Shown: piece by piece, positions 39,603 through 55,421 of the stretch
Layout: every line of letters begins with the position of its first letter
How positions within the stretch are numbered: position 1 is the first letter of the stretch
Origin: Dimorphilus gyrociliatus
Taxonomy: Eukaryota > Animalia > Annelida
Direction of reading: 5' to 3'
DNA: 64,000 nucleotides
Assembly: GCA_904063045.1 (NCBI GenBank)
Contig: CAJFCJ010000014.1
Location: 248,001 to 312,000 of the forward strand
Position numbers and translations under genes: made by a program
Notes under the pieces: generated by a model
What the model saw: only the letters and a program-made list of their open reading frames with translations
What the model was told of the DNA's origin: nothing
The model's database searches: none

Positions 39603-42600
39603 TTAATCTTTTGAATTTATTATCTTCTTTATCCATTCGTAATTTGATCCAATTTCATTGTAGAATGTCATACCAGTTGTACAATTTTCTAGGTCAGTCG
39701 TTTTAATTCCTACCGTTAGCCATCTACCATTAATTCTACACGATAGAGGACTACCAGAATCAATCTGAATATATTTAGTCTTAGGTTTATGTTCCATTTA
39801 ATCAATTCAATCCATTTACATTACCTTGCAAGCTTCAATACTTTTACCGCAAATTAAATTTGAATATTTCCTTATAGAGTCGTCTCTATCGTTTGTACAT
39901 TGCTCTTTTGTATTTAATTTTAACTTTCTTCTCTTAAATAATAGAGATTTCCTTGATTTTCCTGAAAATACCACGTATTAATCATACTATTACAGTATTA
40001 CGATTAATCATATTCTACTTGTTTCAAAACTGGTAGTAAAACATTCCAAATATTCGACATTTAATAGACTTTGTTGGCTCAGATAATCTAGGTCTATTGT
40101 ATTTATCATTTCTACGATTTCGTCCAATTTTATAATGGCAATACTTTTCAAATTTTTTAGGAACTTGGGATAATTTGAACTGGTTTTAAAAACCCTAATC
40201 CCTTTTCTAGATTCTCCTCCAATACTTCCTAAACTACCAAAAGTGATAAGGTAGTCTGCATTTCTATAATTAAACAAATCTATACATAATTATACGGTTA
40301 TTTTTGTTCTATAAAGTATTAACTCTTTTAGACAAACGGCCGACGTTAATACGTATCTCTCATTAACGACGATTCCATTACAAGTTGTATTGATATTGTC
40401 CGCTGAAATTAGTATTGAAACCTGCCAACTAGGTATTTCATCCTCTAAATTCATTTTATCTTTAACCAAACCAAATAGAGTTTTATCAACTTTACCGCAA
40501 TTAGGATCATCTTTACCTGTAGATTGTATCATTATATCAATTAATCTTTATTCTAAAACGCTACTTTAAATATCACCTGGTTCATTAGAACATTCACCGT
40601 TCTTCAAGATGAAATCATCAAGTGTAATTACAGATACATTCATCCTTTTGGTAGTTGAAAGTTCAATACGGAATTGTTCAACATCACTTTCCAAATCGAT
40701 ATTTACTGGCAGATTTGAATTTTGATTCATGCATAATTTACTACTTTCCTCCATCAATTCCGAGATTTTCCTGCATGCGTAAAAATCACTATAGAACATG
40801 TTTTACATTGAAAGAAACATGTCTACCTGAAAGAACTCGATCCTCTCTTCTTTACGTGGAAATTCAGCAGTGGATCTCCTTGACTCTGGATCATATTTGA
40901 TTTCGTTTTCTTTGCTAGTTTTAGCGATAAACACTTTTTCGAATTGAATGATGTGATTAGAGGAGACTGAATCGATATTGCAGATGTTGCCGATTTGGCT
41001 TCAACACCTCCGATGTGCATAACTTTATCTGTAGGAAATCAGAGTCACGGTTATTAATGGAAAAGAGACAAAGTCGTCTATGAACTGTCCTACTTGAGGA
41101 TTCGTCATCCCGTCTAGTCCACTCCAGGGGACTCATTAAGTCTTGAACAAGCGTATAGCCACACATATGATTCTGGAAATTGCAGTTGACCGATGAGGCT
41201 AATTTTGAAAATGACGTTTAAATGAGAAAAAAGAGTTTAGATTCGTTCAATTCGTATAAATTGCATAGAATACTGACTTTGGCTGGCAACTGGAAATATC
41301 ACTCTATCGTTTGATTTGCAAGTTCCCGAGCTAATTATCAAATTATCAATTGCTACATCACTTTCAAACGTATAACCTCTAACTGCCTTGAATACTATTT
41401 TATAGCTAGTGAATGATGTTTGAATTTCTTGATTTATCCAAGAATATCCTTTATTTCCTTTTTCGCTCATTACTTGATTAAATTGTCCGTTTGAATCAAG
41501 ATATACAATGAATGTGCTACCCAACTCATCTTCAGAAGTTAGCATATGATAATTGATCGATACGCAACTTACTTCATTTACTGTTATCAGTGTTGAAGAA
41601 AGAATGGCTACGCTTGATACAGGCGCCCTTGTTGCTTCAGTAAACATGTAGAATCCTTTAGAATTATAAAATATTAATATTTTTCATTATAGAGAAGAAT
41701 GACTTCATATTTATCTTACTTCCTTCATATGCATTTTGAGGACCAGTTCCAGTGGATAACGTCTTTCCACTCCATCGTGCAAAATTCCAAATTGAATTAT
41801 CGAAGGATTTTACAAAGTTACAATCATCCAATTCAAATGAACAACCACCTGAAAGTTTTAATCCAGCGTCCTTGCAGTCTCCTTTAAAGATGTATACGTC
41901 ATCCAGAGCGATATCTCCTCTATAATGCCCATAAGACGTTGCTTTTAAAATAAGCTGTAATTGAAAAATAGCACGTCCATTTAGATAAGACTTAAAGTAA
42001 AATTAAAATAAATCGTCTATTCTTTGTTACTTGATAATAATTTTCAGACTTTTTCAATTGAATTCTTAAACGATTCCAATTATCTCCCCGACTATGTTCA
42101 ATCTTAGAAAGTACTTTTAACATGGAAGTTTTATGAAGGCCTATTATCTCAAGTTTTCCAATTGAAGAATTTGATCCAAACATATGATAGTATAATTCCA
42201 GACAAAAATCTTTATTATTCATATTTAATAAGGGAGATTTTAATTCAGTATAGTAATTTCGTTCGCTTAAAGTCGCTTCTACATATGTATAAAAGCCTTG
42301 AGCATTACCCATTGTACGGTCTACGTTTGGTCCTGTCGAACTCGACGGAGTTGATCCAGAATGTCGGGTCCAGATGTAAGAATTATTTTCATTTGCAGGA
42401 TACTTAGTTGTCGTCCACATACAAGTATCAGATTCAAAATCACAAGTTAGTTTATCTGGTAATATTTCATAATTAAATAATGATAATTGATTGAAAAGGA
42501 AAGAAGATTACAAACCAGGCGATATGGCTGTACCCGAAGGTCTTGTTTGCATAGTTGAAGGCATTGCCGGTATTTCTGTTGTCGTTGTTGTTGATAACGT

Positions 42601-45377
42601 TTGATAACAAGGTTGAAATTGAATATCAACTTGATCAAAAGCAATATCGCCCCTATAACCATTTCCATAGAAACCGGTAAAGAACAATTTTCTCAACTGC
42701 ATAGATTAACATCCATTATGTTATTTCTTTACAATATTAAAAAGATGAACTAACCGTCGGCCTACTTGAATTTTCATTTTGTATTGTATAAGAAAAGTTA
42801 TTCCAGATGTTTCCCTTATTTCCACTTTCGTCAAGAATTGTTTCATTCTTTAGTATTGTTCTTTCATCGTTGTCATAGATAACTAGGGACACTACGAAAC
42901 GACCCATATTGGTTCCGAACATGTGATAGACAAATGATAAGCAACATGTTTCTTCGAAATAAACCATTGGAGATTCGAGGCTAGTTACTCTACTGGAATT
43001 AGCTTTCGAAGACTCGTAGTAAGCAAAATTTCCAGAATATCGAATTTGAGGACCAGTTCCCGTAGAAGGTGTTTTTGAAGCTATATACCATGGGAAAGTC
43101 GATTGTAAGCTTGGATAATAGGCGCAAAAGTCACTTTCAAAATCACAATTTAACTTTTTAGGAGATGTTCCTTCAGAGAAGAAAGTCATAATATTTCTAT
43201 TATAATAACGAAACAATGCCTACTAATCGGTTTATCTTCTGGAGATCTTTGGCAATTTATAACTTTAATATCATCAATAGCAATATCACCTTGGTAACTG
43301 GTTAAACAAACTCCGCTAAAAACAACCTAAATTGACATTTCAAAATTGTGGTTTGTTTAGTTGCCAAATACAGCAAAGAGAAAGTAAAGAGTTACTCGAT
43401 ATTGTCCAATTGGTAGGCTAACGACGTTCTTCATCCAGCTATCACCTTGCGAACCACTCTTTGAAAATAAAATGGAATATCTTCCAGTTTTTTCGAGAGT
43501 TGCAATTGTAAAAGTTCCTATATCTTTACCAAACATGTGATAAGAGAATGATAATTGGCAATCTAAATTATCATTTGTAAAAATAGGGCTTGTAAAATTA
43601 GTGAAATCTCCACTTTTGCAACCGGAAGCTTCAGTATATAAAAAGTAACCTAAAAGAAATGAGTATTAAAGAGAGAGAGAGAGAGAGAGAATGAGTTTGA
43701 TTTAGAAAATACTATTACCGTTCTTAGAAACATCTTCAATTGGTCCTGTGCCAGAAGATAATCGTCTATTTTGTAAAGTCCATATATAGAAACTATCAAA
43801 TCGAGATTTAATTGTTTCGTATAGGCAAATTGTTTGTAAATCAAAATTGCAATTTAATAATGAGTTGTATGGTAAATTTACTGGTAATTTTGTAGAAGTT
43901 GTAGGTAAAGGTATTGTAGTTGCGTCTGCTGCTTCTGTTGTTATTTCAATTGGATTAGTTTCCGTTGTATACGATTCGGAAGAACAGTAATTGAAAGCTA
44001 TTTCATCAATTGCAATATCTCCTCGGAATCCTCCTCCGCAAGTTGCTAAAAAAATCAACTAATTTTCCCTTCGTTAATCCTACTCTTTACTCATTCTATG
44101 TGGTGATAATGGATAATTGATTAAGATACTTACTTGATAAGTCCCTTGAACATTCAATTGAACTGTATGTTTTTTCCATTCATCTTTATTTAAATTATTG
44201 ACACGGAAAACAAGATTTTCATTCGTCTCTTCAAAATTCCTCACATAGACTTCCAATTTTCCTATATCTCTTCCATACAAAAGATAATAGAATGATACAC
44301 AGCCAGGAATGGTAATTTTAAAAGTAGAACTAGTAAGATTAGTTATAGAATTTCCAATACATTTCGAAGATTCGGTAAAAGCAAACTTTCCTTTTGAAGT
44401 AGGGGGGTTAAAAAGAACATTATTAAACTACTAAACCTGTTACCTGTTCCGTTAAAAGGTTTCGATGGTCCTGTTAAGGATGACGGAGTCTTAGAATCAA
44501 TTGTCCAATAGTAGCCACTCTTTTCATTCGAAGTATTTTTATAATAGCAAAAATCATTGGAATCGAATGAACAGCTAATTAAATTCGTAATGTCGTTCTC
44601 TTGTTCATCTGTTGACATTAATAATAGAAACAAAACTAATTCAATTCCAACGTACCATCGCAATAGTATAGTCTTATATCGTCGATAGCAATGATGTCTC
44701 TACTGGTCGGTGATCTTTTGGCTTTAACCGCGATCTATTCAGTTTTTAAAAGAGTAATTTCTATATAAAATATCATCTTTGAAGCTACTTTCAGTTTCTT
44801 ACTTGATCAATAGACACATTGAAAATCTTAACCTTCTTTTGCCATTTATTAATGGTTGATGATAAATGCCCCAACGTTTCATCTCTGAATTGAACAATTC
44901 CCTTATCTATACCGTAAAATTGTATAAGGTCTTTATCGCCGCCAATCCAATAATGAAATTCAAGACATTTCCTTTTGAATTTCGTGTCAAATTTAATAAT
45001 AGGTGAATAAATGTAAGTTTCAAGGTCATTTGAATGATCAAATTTCGCATAAAGGAACTTTCCTAGAAGAGATTTTTTTTATTGTTATTGTTAAGAATTA
45101 AAGAGATTCTGGTAAAGGAATAAAATTACCATTACGGCCTTGAAGATGAGAACTATGCAGAGAGCCTCTTTGAAATTTATAAAGAGAGATACCTTGGGGA
45201 ACGCTAGTTGAAAAGGAACAGTAATCTTCCTCGAAATTACACTCCCAAATAGGATTTTCAACTAATATTTACAGAGATAAAGATTATTTTAATACAGAGA
45301 TAAGTCAACAGGAACAAACCTGAGATTATAGGGCGAATAAGAATCGACAAAATAGATAATCCAATAAGCATTCTCAT
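39603..45377 (-). CDS. Secreted 7xMAM + inactive serine-protease-like domain (MAM gene E)
   Basis: Signal peptide MRMLIGLSILSILIRPIISG and seven MAM domains colinear with gene C at ~13.5 kb offset. The protease-like domain has TSAVC (His lost), KSIAIIKL (Asp lost) and IDSGSP. Confidence 0.83.
40591..41467. repeat. 877-bp near-identical direct repeat, copy 2 (in MAM gene E)
   Basis: Matches 27091-27967 with 3 mismatches, introns included. Confidence 0.95.
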
Positions 45378-47258
45378 TCGTCATTAATTAACCAATTCTA
45401 CTAGAACAGAGACAAGAAGTTCTTGAAAGGGATAGATTGTAGAGAAGAATTCAAAATGACTAAAAAGAGGACGGAAAAGGGTTGTTAAGTGAAACGACTT
45501 TTGTGTACGTACCCCTTTATCTTTTCAACTTGTATATACTTTGTATTGTGTTCAAGTCGTGATTATTGCAGGCCTATAGAGACTCGTGTCTTTACAAATA
45601 TTCCAACCTCTAAAAAAAACATAATTGAAAACATTTTATTGCAGATCTATACATCAGTAACAATAGAATAATATCATCGTTTTCATTTTACTGCTATTCC
45701 TTTACTACTAATTGTTTGAATATATTAGTATAAACTGTATATACTGTATATATTATATCTAACGTTTCTCCTCTCTCCACGCAACTTTCCTTCCCCTTCT
45801 AATCATTTCTGCTCGTTGACTTTCTTTATTTAAACTTTAATATCGTTCTTATAAATTTTATACAAATATATTCTGGAGTTTAATTGAAATTTGACAAAAA
45901 CCTCACTTCTTTTCATTAAATATTGTATGTTTATATAAAAAAGGTAAATAAATTATATTACACAATATGTGTAATCTCTCTCTTCAGGATAATGAGGTCA
46001 ATTCAAGCTTATTTTATATAGGGACATCAGCTCCGGTAGTTTTACACTTTTTGTTTGAATATACTCTAATATATTTATTTCATCACAGACAATCACAAGG
46101 TACATTCATTCAGTATTTTGATCTTTTATTTGATTAAAAGTGTGAATAAAAAGATAATACAGTTGTATCGGTGTTTTGCTTTTCTTTGTTCAAACATTTT
46201 CTCGTTTGCAGATGGCGTTTCATTCTAATTTAATGAAGAAAATAGAAGAGAAAAGTGAGTATTGTGTTATCTTCCAATAGGAATTTTCTTCTATTTTAAT
46301 GCATTGAGAAGAGAAAAGTCTAACCGATTTTCGGTACATTTGTCACTTTTCCTTGAAAATTGATGAATAATAAAACTCGATCGGGTGAGAATTTTGGCTG
46401 TATATTTGAATTTTGCGGTAGGGCCTGAATCTGGAAAATATTAAAATATGAAAAGGATTTATATCTACGGTATATACAGTATATTTATATAATAGATAGA
46501 AAGGGAAATCTTACAGTGATGCCAGGAAATTGTTTGCGTATTTTCTTTTGAGCTTCGAACCAAGACTAAGAAGATGATGTTGCAAAGGGAGAAAAATGCA
46601 ATAAGTGCATTGCAATTATCATATATTGTATATGTCATTGTTTAATTCTCTCTCTTTTTTTTTCATATTTATCTCTATCATCCCCATTCCGCTTCCCTCA
46701 TTCTTCTTCCTGTTCTTTTTTTATATATAATAAAGGCAAACAAGCAGAAAGAAGACCAAGGGAGTAGAAGGGAAAGAAGAAAATAAAGAATATGACAAAC
46801 AACTTACCTGCCCTACTAAATCGGGCCAACAGCCGGCTTCAACATTCGTTAATTTGGTAGCCATATATATTGAATTTTATTTACCACAGATATAACATTT
46901 GCAAATAGAATAGTTTACTAGTTAAAAGCATCTTTACTTAAACTATTACAATTTACAAACCAAGGCAAACTGGTGTATAGTTATAGAAATATTATATACA
47001 TAGAAATAATATCAATCGATTCTCCTGCTATGCTTTTTTTTTTCATTTACGCAACTAGCCCCCTCTATAGGAGGACGATGACTTGAGTATTATACGGACA
47101 TTTTTCTTTTTCAATACATATCTAAACAATAGTACCGATGAGCATAGGCCAAAAAAATCTAGCGTAACCGGTCACGAAAACATTTTCCAACCAACGGTAA
47201 TCATACAAATGTTTAAAAAATCAATAATAAGATAAGCCTAGGACTGAAGAAAAAGAGA

Positions 47259-47260
<2 letters not shown>

Positions 47261-47294
<34 letters not shown>
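47261..47294. repeat. (AT)n microsatellite; similar tracts at ~47965-47992, ~48041-48060, ~49235-49258, ~56498-56517, ~57490-57517, ~63791-63821
   Basis: Directly visible. Confidence 0.95.
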
Positions 47295-47300
<6 letters not shown>

Positions 47301-47859
47301 GCATATGGAGAAAAATACCAATGATAGACAGACCTATAGACAGATTGGGGAATAAAAACAGAAAGAAGATAGAAAGGCTTTTAAAACGGTTAAAGAAATA
47401 TTAATAGACTTTGATAAGTAAGATTAATCTAAAAAAGAAGTTATATAAGAAAAAAATTACCATAATCCCTTTTTTCATAGAGTTTCTTTTTGTCGTCTTA
47501 CACTTTGAATTTCCTGTAAATATATAAATAAAACAACGATTGTCCTATATAAATTAGTCAACAGAGCGGATGACTTATTGAAATGAGTAAGATCTAATAG
47601 AATCACAAATAATGAGCAAACGTCTGTGTGACAAAGAAAGAGATAGAGGGATAGACAGGGAAAGAGAGAGATAGAAGGATAGATAGACAGATAGATAAAA
47701 AAAAGGACAAAATTGTAGATTCATAGGCCAAATATATGTTTTTTAGTTATCTTTTTCCATATTGAATCAAACGGCCATAAGACCATTGAAGAGTTTAGGC
47801 TAAAAGTTCTCAGCATATCCGGAAATCCTCAAATCTAATACGGATTTTTCTTCCAGAAT

Positions 47860-47961
47860 ATGCCTTCCCTAAGTGATATTGAATTAAACAAAGAATATCT
47901 TCGGACTAAACCCGCAATATTGAAATTAGCTGAAGTGGTAAATATAAAATGAAATCATAAA

Positions 47962-47997
<36 letters not shown>

Positions 47998-49044
47998 AAA
48001 ATACATAATATCTTCCTTTATTACTAATAGATTACTATACATATATATATATATATATATAGTCAGGATAGATGTAATATGATAGATAGCCCATCTATAC
48101 TTTAATTCTATTCTATTTTAATTTCTTCTATTTTCGTATTGAGGCAACAAATTTCTAAATATTATCAATAAACAAAGGTCTTCTCCTAATCCTACTGCAA
48201 ATTTCTTGATATCTTAATTTTTTTTTTTTTTGCAGTTTATATCACTTTGCTGTTTTATTTCGGCAGTTGTTAAATATGCCTTATGGAATGAATTTGGTAC
48301 TGGAGCATCATTTGTAGCGTTTGCTTCATTCCTTAGCTTCGTTGGTAGTGTTGCCCTGTTCCTATTGAATTTATTTGGAGCTATTGCAGTTATACGTAGA
48401 AAATTTGCCTTTTATACTGTTCTATGCGAACTTGGATACTATGTCGTTCTACTTATATTTGTGTTTGTGGCAGCCATTTTAAGTTCCAAAAATGCCAAAC
48501 TGCATTCAGCTATTGGAGCGGCTACTTTCTTTTCGTGGGTTCTGTTTGTTCTAGTTGCGGCTCAATTAGCATTTCAAGCAATCCTCTTTAAAGGTATTTA
48601 TAAAGATTTATTCATTCTTTCGCAACAAGTCACTATAATTTTTCCTTTCAAACTTTTACGTAACACTCAAGATCTTGACAATTCAAGATAGTTAATCTGT
48701 TTTTTTTTTGTTCTAATCAAATCGCTAGATCCGTTCTAATGTTCAAAAAGTATTCATTACTCATTTAAAAAAAATATTCATTCAATCAATCAGCTATCTA
48801 CGAAGAAAGAAAGAAAAAACCGACCGGTGACGGTGAGGCGAACAATGAAAATAGGGAAGACGCTAAAAAATTAAAACCTTCTTCAAATCAAACGTCTTCC
48901 GCCAATACCCAAATGTCAGCTGGTGAAAGTACATCAGTGCCTTTGGAAGCGGTTCCTGAAAAACCGAAAGAAGAGAGGGTTATACAATATAGCGTTGCGG
49001 ACAATTTGGATGTAGGGGGAGACGGAAATTGGGAAGTCTTATAA
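47860..49044 (+). CDS. MARVEL-domain tetraspan membrane protein (CMTM/plasmolipin-like), 3 exons
   Basis: Exon 1 (47860-47937) MPSLSDIELNKEYLRTKPAILKLAEV is the typical MARVEL N-terminus. Exon 2 (48236-48593) has four hydrophobic segments. Exon 3 (~48792-49044) is a hydrophilic tail ending GNWEVL. Confidence 0.8.
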
Positions 49045-49228
49045 GTCAAAGTTGTTTACAATAATCAAAAGTAATATTAGATATCTTTTTCTCTTCCAAC
49101 CTCTTTGCCTTCCCAACGAAAAAAGAACTGAAAAAGATTCCTTGATTATTTCCTCCCTCGATAGCCATTCTTCGCTCCCCCTCTAACTTTTCTGCAAGCA
49201 GGAGGAAGTCGACTAATATATATATCTA

Positions 49229-49263
<35 letters not shown>

Positions 49264-49432
49264 AAATATTTATACTTTGATGCAGTTTGTTCTTAGTTCT
49301 ATTTTCTTTTTAGATTATTGCTCTAACGAGTATCTTTCTATCTTGAAGATAAATAAAGTAAATATATTGAAAACAGATATTTACTGACAAGAAAGTCTCT
49401 GTTAAGTAAAGAACAATTATAAAAAAGACCAT

Positions 49433-51323
<1,891 letters not shown>

Positions 51324-51420
51324 CTTACTCGATGATCTCTCTATAAACTTAGTAATTTCGAAAATTTCACTTGCGTAATTTTTATATAACAAATGACATT
51401 CACTAGTCTGCATCAAGGTT

Positions 51421-51432
51421 AGTCACGTGACT
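51421..51432. promoter_or_regulatory. Palindromic E-box (CLEAR/USF-type) AGTCACGTGACT about 100 bp upstream of the ETNPPL start codon
   Basis: Perfect 12-bp palindrome containing GTCACGTGAC. Function is inferred only from motif and position. Confidence 0.4.
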
Positions 51433-52131
51433 TCGACATTTTTTGCAGTGGTGGCGCCTGACTACTGCCTTTTGCCTTGATAGCTGGAATATTCAAAAAT
51501 ATATTTGGAAATTATCTAGGGAATAGTAGAGAAACATATTATATGTATTAGATATCAAATGAACATCTAGGCATAAGTTGGCAACCTCAGCAACTCTTCA
51601 GGAATTAATTTGAGATTGCTTGTATGGTAAAATGATTTATCTTGAGAAGCTAATAAATTATGTAGTATTTACTATTGAGCTAATAATTAAAATGATAGAC
51701 TTAAACATTATAGTTTTGCCTTAAAAGAAGCGACTTTCTGATGCAAGTGTCTAAAAATATTTTCAGCCGGATCAATATTTTTTTTTCTATATTTTTAACC
51801 AACGCCACCTTGAGGATAAGGGATTTGACCCTTATTTTTATTTTGGTAAATCGATGTATTTCAGATCTTATTCAATTGTATAGGAGTGTGTATACAATAA
51901 TATGCAATTTATACCTTATATTCTTATAAACAAAACCTTTTCCAAGTCCCAAATTCAACATGCAAAGAACGAAAAGAAAAAAATCTCTAAAAACTAAGTT
52001 GGATTTTAGAAATTTGATCAGTCCAAGTTTCACATAACATTAATATCGAAAAAATAAGAGTAAACTGAGTCTTTATAATCAAAAATCCAACGAAAGATCA
52101 ATAGGCCTAAAAAGAAGCAATATGTTTTTCC

Positions 52132-54041
<1,910 letters not shown>

Positions 54042-54101
54042 CTGGGTGTTATCTAATTTGAAGAGAGAGAAAATATGTTAATTGACGCATTTCGATAAGC
54101 C

Positions 54102-54356
54102 GGCAGCCATCTTGGATGTGTTCCTAAGAATGTGTGTCTCAAATCCTTTGTTCTATTTAGAATCGATATTTACGCGTCAAAAAACACACGAAGAAAAACT
54201 ATAAAATTACCCATTACTTCCACAAAAAGTCTCAGAGCAGTCAAATCGACTGAATATTAGATTAGAATGAAAATCAACTTCTTTATCAGAATCAACGTTA
54301 CAGACCGTTCCCGACGCGTTTACAATGAACAAACCGGAAGTTGCGAACCACGTGAC
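54102..54356. promoter_or_regulatory. Putative promoter motifs between GATAD2 and CRTC: YY1-like CAAGATGGCTGCC (minus, 54102-54114), ETS CCGGAAGT (54334-54341), E-box CACGTGAC (54349-54356)
   Basis: Motif matches clustered in a locally GC-richer patch upstream of GATAD2, inside the divergent intergenic gap. Confidence 0.4.
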
Positions 54357-55421
54357 ATAGTTTTTTTTTTTTTAAATAAATTTTTTAATTAGAGTTTTTT
54401 TTAAGATACTGACTAAAGCAATTCGATGAAATAATTTCTAATAAATAGTCTTTAAGGAAAAAATAACTTTGCGTGATATGGTGTTATATATATATTTCAA
54501 AATTACTTTAGCGACATCTACTGGTTAGATGTTTTAATACCTCGAAGTATCACTAAGACGGTATGTTACCAAGAAAAAGGAATGTTCTAAAAAGAATATT
54601 CTCTTTTCCATTGAGAAATCTTTTATTATAAAAGATATATATATATATATATATCTACGTATTTAACATATGAATTAAATTATAAACCAACGTAAGGGAG
54701 ATAAAAACACGATTAAATAGTTAATTTAACGAAAAATTGAGAGAAAAATATTAAAATTATAAATAAATATAAATAAATACGGAACGTTAAACCAATGAAC
54801 TAATAGCAAGAATGTTGCTATAAAGACAACGTAAGGATGTACATAATATATATAATTGAATAAATGCATATGTATGTATATATATAGATATATGTAGATA
54901 TCTAAGAATAACAAAATTTACATTGAAAACCCATTTTGGAGAGTATAGAAAAGCGGGAAACCCGTATGGTAAAATCATTAATGAATTGAATGTTGGATCA
55001 ACATCTGTTTTACATGAAAAAAACCAAGTAACATAATTTAAACGTCAACAGAATGTTGAGTACTACAACATGCATATGGAATAATAACACGATGCTTGGC
55101 TGGTATTTAATTGAAAAATAACGGTTCTTAATTAATACTAATTAATTGAGTATTTTAAATACTACAAATATATGCATATATATGTAAATATATTTAAATT
55201 TTTCATTATAATTGAATAATAAAAACATTTTAGCTTGCTAATTATTGTTTTATGGCAAATTTGCATTTCCTGGAAGTCTAGATTCTCTTCAAGGGATAGA
55301 CGACAGAAGACTATCTTTTCGTAGTACCTTCATTGTCAATGGCGGTTTTGTACCACGTGATTGTGTAAAGAATTGTGATTGGCTACCAATTTGTGCAGGA
55401 CTAGCAAACATCCGCTACATC

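Noticed and set aside
27091-41467. The offset between the two repeat copies is exactly 13,500 bp
   Set aside because: The colinear MAM4 exons of C and E are offset by about 13,501, so the figure simply reflects the paralogue spacing. The round number is coincidental.
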